Source: Bdellovibrionota bacterium FG-1 (GTDB lineage Bacteria > Bdellovibrionota > UBA1018). Taken from it: a DNA stretch of 36,850 nt. The stretch spans positions 1-36,850 of the forward strand of contig JBBCAW010000009.1 of NCBI GenBank assembly GCA_051382295.1, given 5' to 3'. The position numbers and the translations under genes were made by a program. This document shows positions 36,174 to 36,850 of this stretch, piece by piece. Each line of letters starts with the position of its first letter. Within the stretch, counting starts at the first letter, position 1. Under the pieces are notes generated by a model. It saw only the letters and a list, made by a program, of their open reading frames with translations. It did no database searches and was not told where the DNA came from.

Positions 36174-36761
36174 TAATTTCAAAAACTCATGCTCCTTTGA
36201 GCAGCCGCGCTATCGCTGACATAGAATCACGCAGTTTCCCTTCATTGATAGAAAACGGCGGCATTTTACGAAATTGTTTCAAAAACACCATTTTTGGCTT
36301 TTCATTAAAATTCTCATAAGAAACAACGAAGGTTTTGCCGCTATAAACAAGTTTCTGCATTGAATCGGATAAAATAACAGCAATATATTTCTGAGTTCCT
36401 GGGAGATTCCAAAGCCATCGGGTTAAATCATCGTGCGTCTGAAAGACATGTTTCTTACCGATAAGCGTGTGTGATCAGGTGATCCCCATTGTTGATTAAC
36501 AATATATCAAAACAGTCAACAACTTTAACTCGTGTGCTTTTATTATCACTTTTGGTCCTGACCGTGCTGACCTCTGTGTCGTTGGGGACACATTTGGCGC
36601 GGTGTCCAATATTAAGAGATAATTATATTTGTGCGCAAGAACCGCGGGATTTCAGTAGAAAAGAACGGCAAAGCCTGGATCGTGGGAAATTTTTTTCCAG
36701 CGCACCACTCTCATTTTGTATTTTTTTCGCGTCATTACCCTCTCAACCCTCTCAAAACTCT

Positions 36762-36788
36762 TCACGATTACGTTATTTCTGCCGATGA
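36762..36788 (+). promoter_or_regulatory. Possible sigma28 promoter for a gene starting near the right edge
   Basis: TCAC-N15-GCCGATGA. An ATG at 36796 opens a frame (MGRWQARSQLFEKLWTHL...) that runs off the window. Confidence 0.3.
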
Positions 36789-36850
36789 GCAGAGCATGGG
36801 ACGGTGGCAAGCGCGGTCACAACTTTTTGAAAAGCTTTGGACTCATTTGA

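Noticed and set aside
35231..36207. CTTTGAG(A/C)AGCCG on both sides of the RHH-PIN module as a target-site duplication
   Set aside because: Only 12 of 13 nt match, with little support from flanking sequence; could be chance.
36489..36788. 99-aa ORF
   Set aside because: TTG start, AT-rich intergenic-like composition, no clear SD or motif; more likely regulatory DNA for the next gene.

Overview
Bacterial chromosomal window, most consistent with Bdellovibrionota/Oligoflexia. This placement is inferred from a Bd3614-type deaminase, an S28 peptidase and the rpmE-DUF1385-prfA-prmC-murA gene order. The left ~4.7 kb is accessory. It holds the first 10 codons of a probable IS110-type transposase running off the left edge, preceded by a structured non-coding region; a wHTH-MNT/HEPN toxin-antitoxin pair; gene remnants; three copies of a small two-hairpin element; a secreted Cys/Gly-rich protein; and two coiled-coil paralogs. 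Next come a minus-strand run (S28 peptidase, pepA, Bd3614-like deaminase, SAM methyltransferase, GT-C-like membrane protein) and a 2379-aa lipoprotein with 22 Ig-like repeats and a TolB-like propeller. These are followed by a CBM9-like gene, a sigma54-preceded 56-aa CxxC protein missing from the ORF track, an RlmM-like methyltransferase, dtd, a GIY-YIG nuclease, a GH113-like hydrolase, recX and a lipoprotein. The housekeeping block comprises lpxC (with a sigma54 promoter and candidate enhancer sites), ruvCAB, a GNAT protein resembling bacterial ceramide synthase, a sigma28-preceded orphan gene, an orphan OmpR-family regulator, HIT, murA, prmC, prfA, DUF1385 and rpmE. The right end has a branched palindrome, two short tandem repeats and an RHH/PIN toxin-antitoxin pair. 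No rRNA, tRNA or CRISPR array was found. All calls come from reading motifs by eye; no database searches were run.
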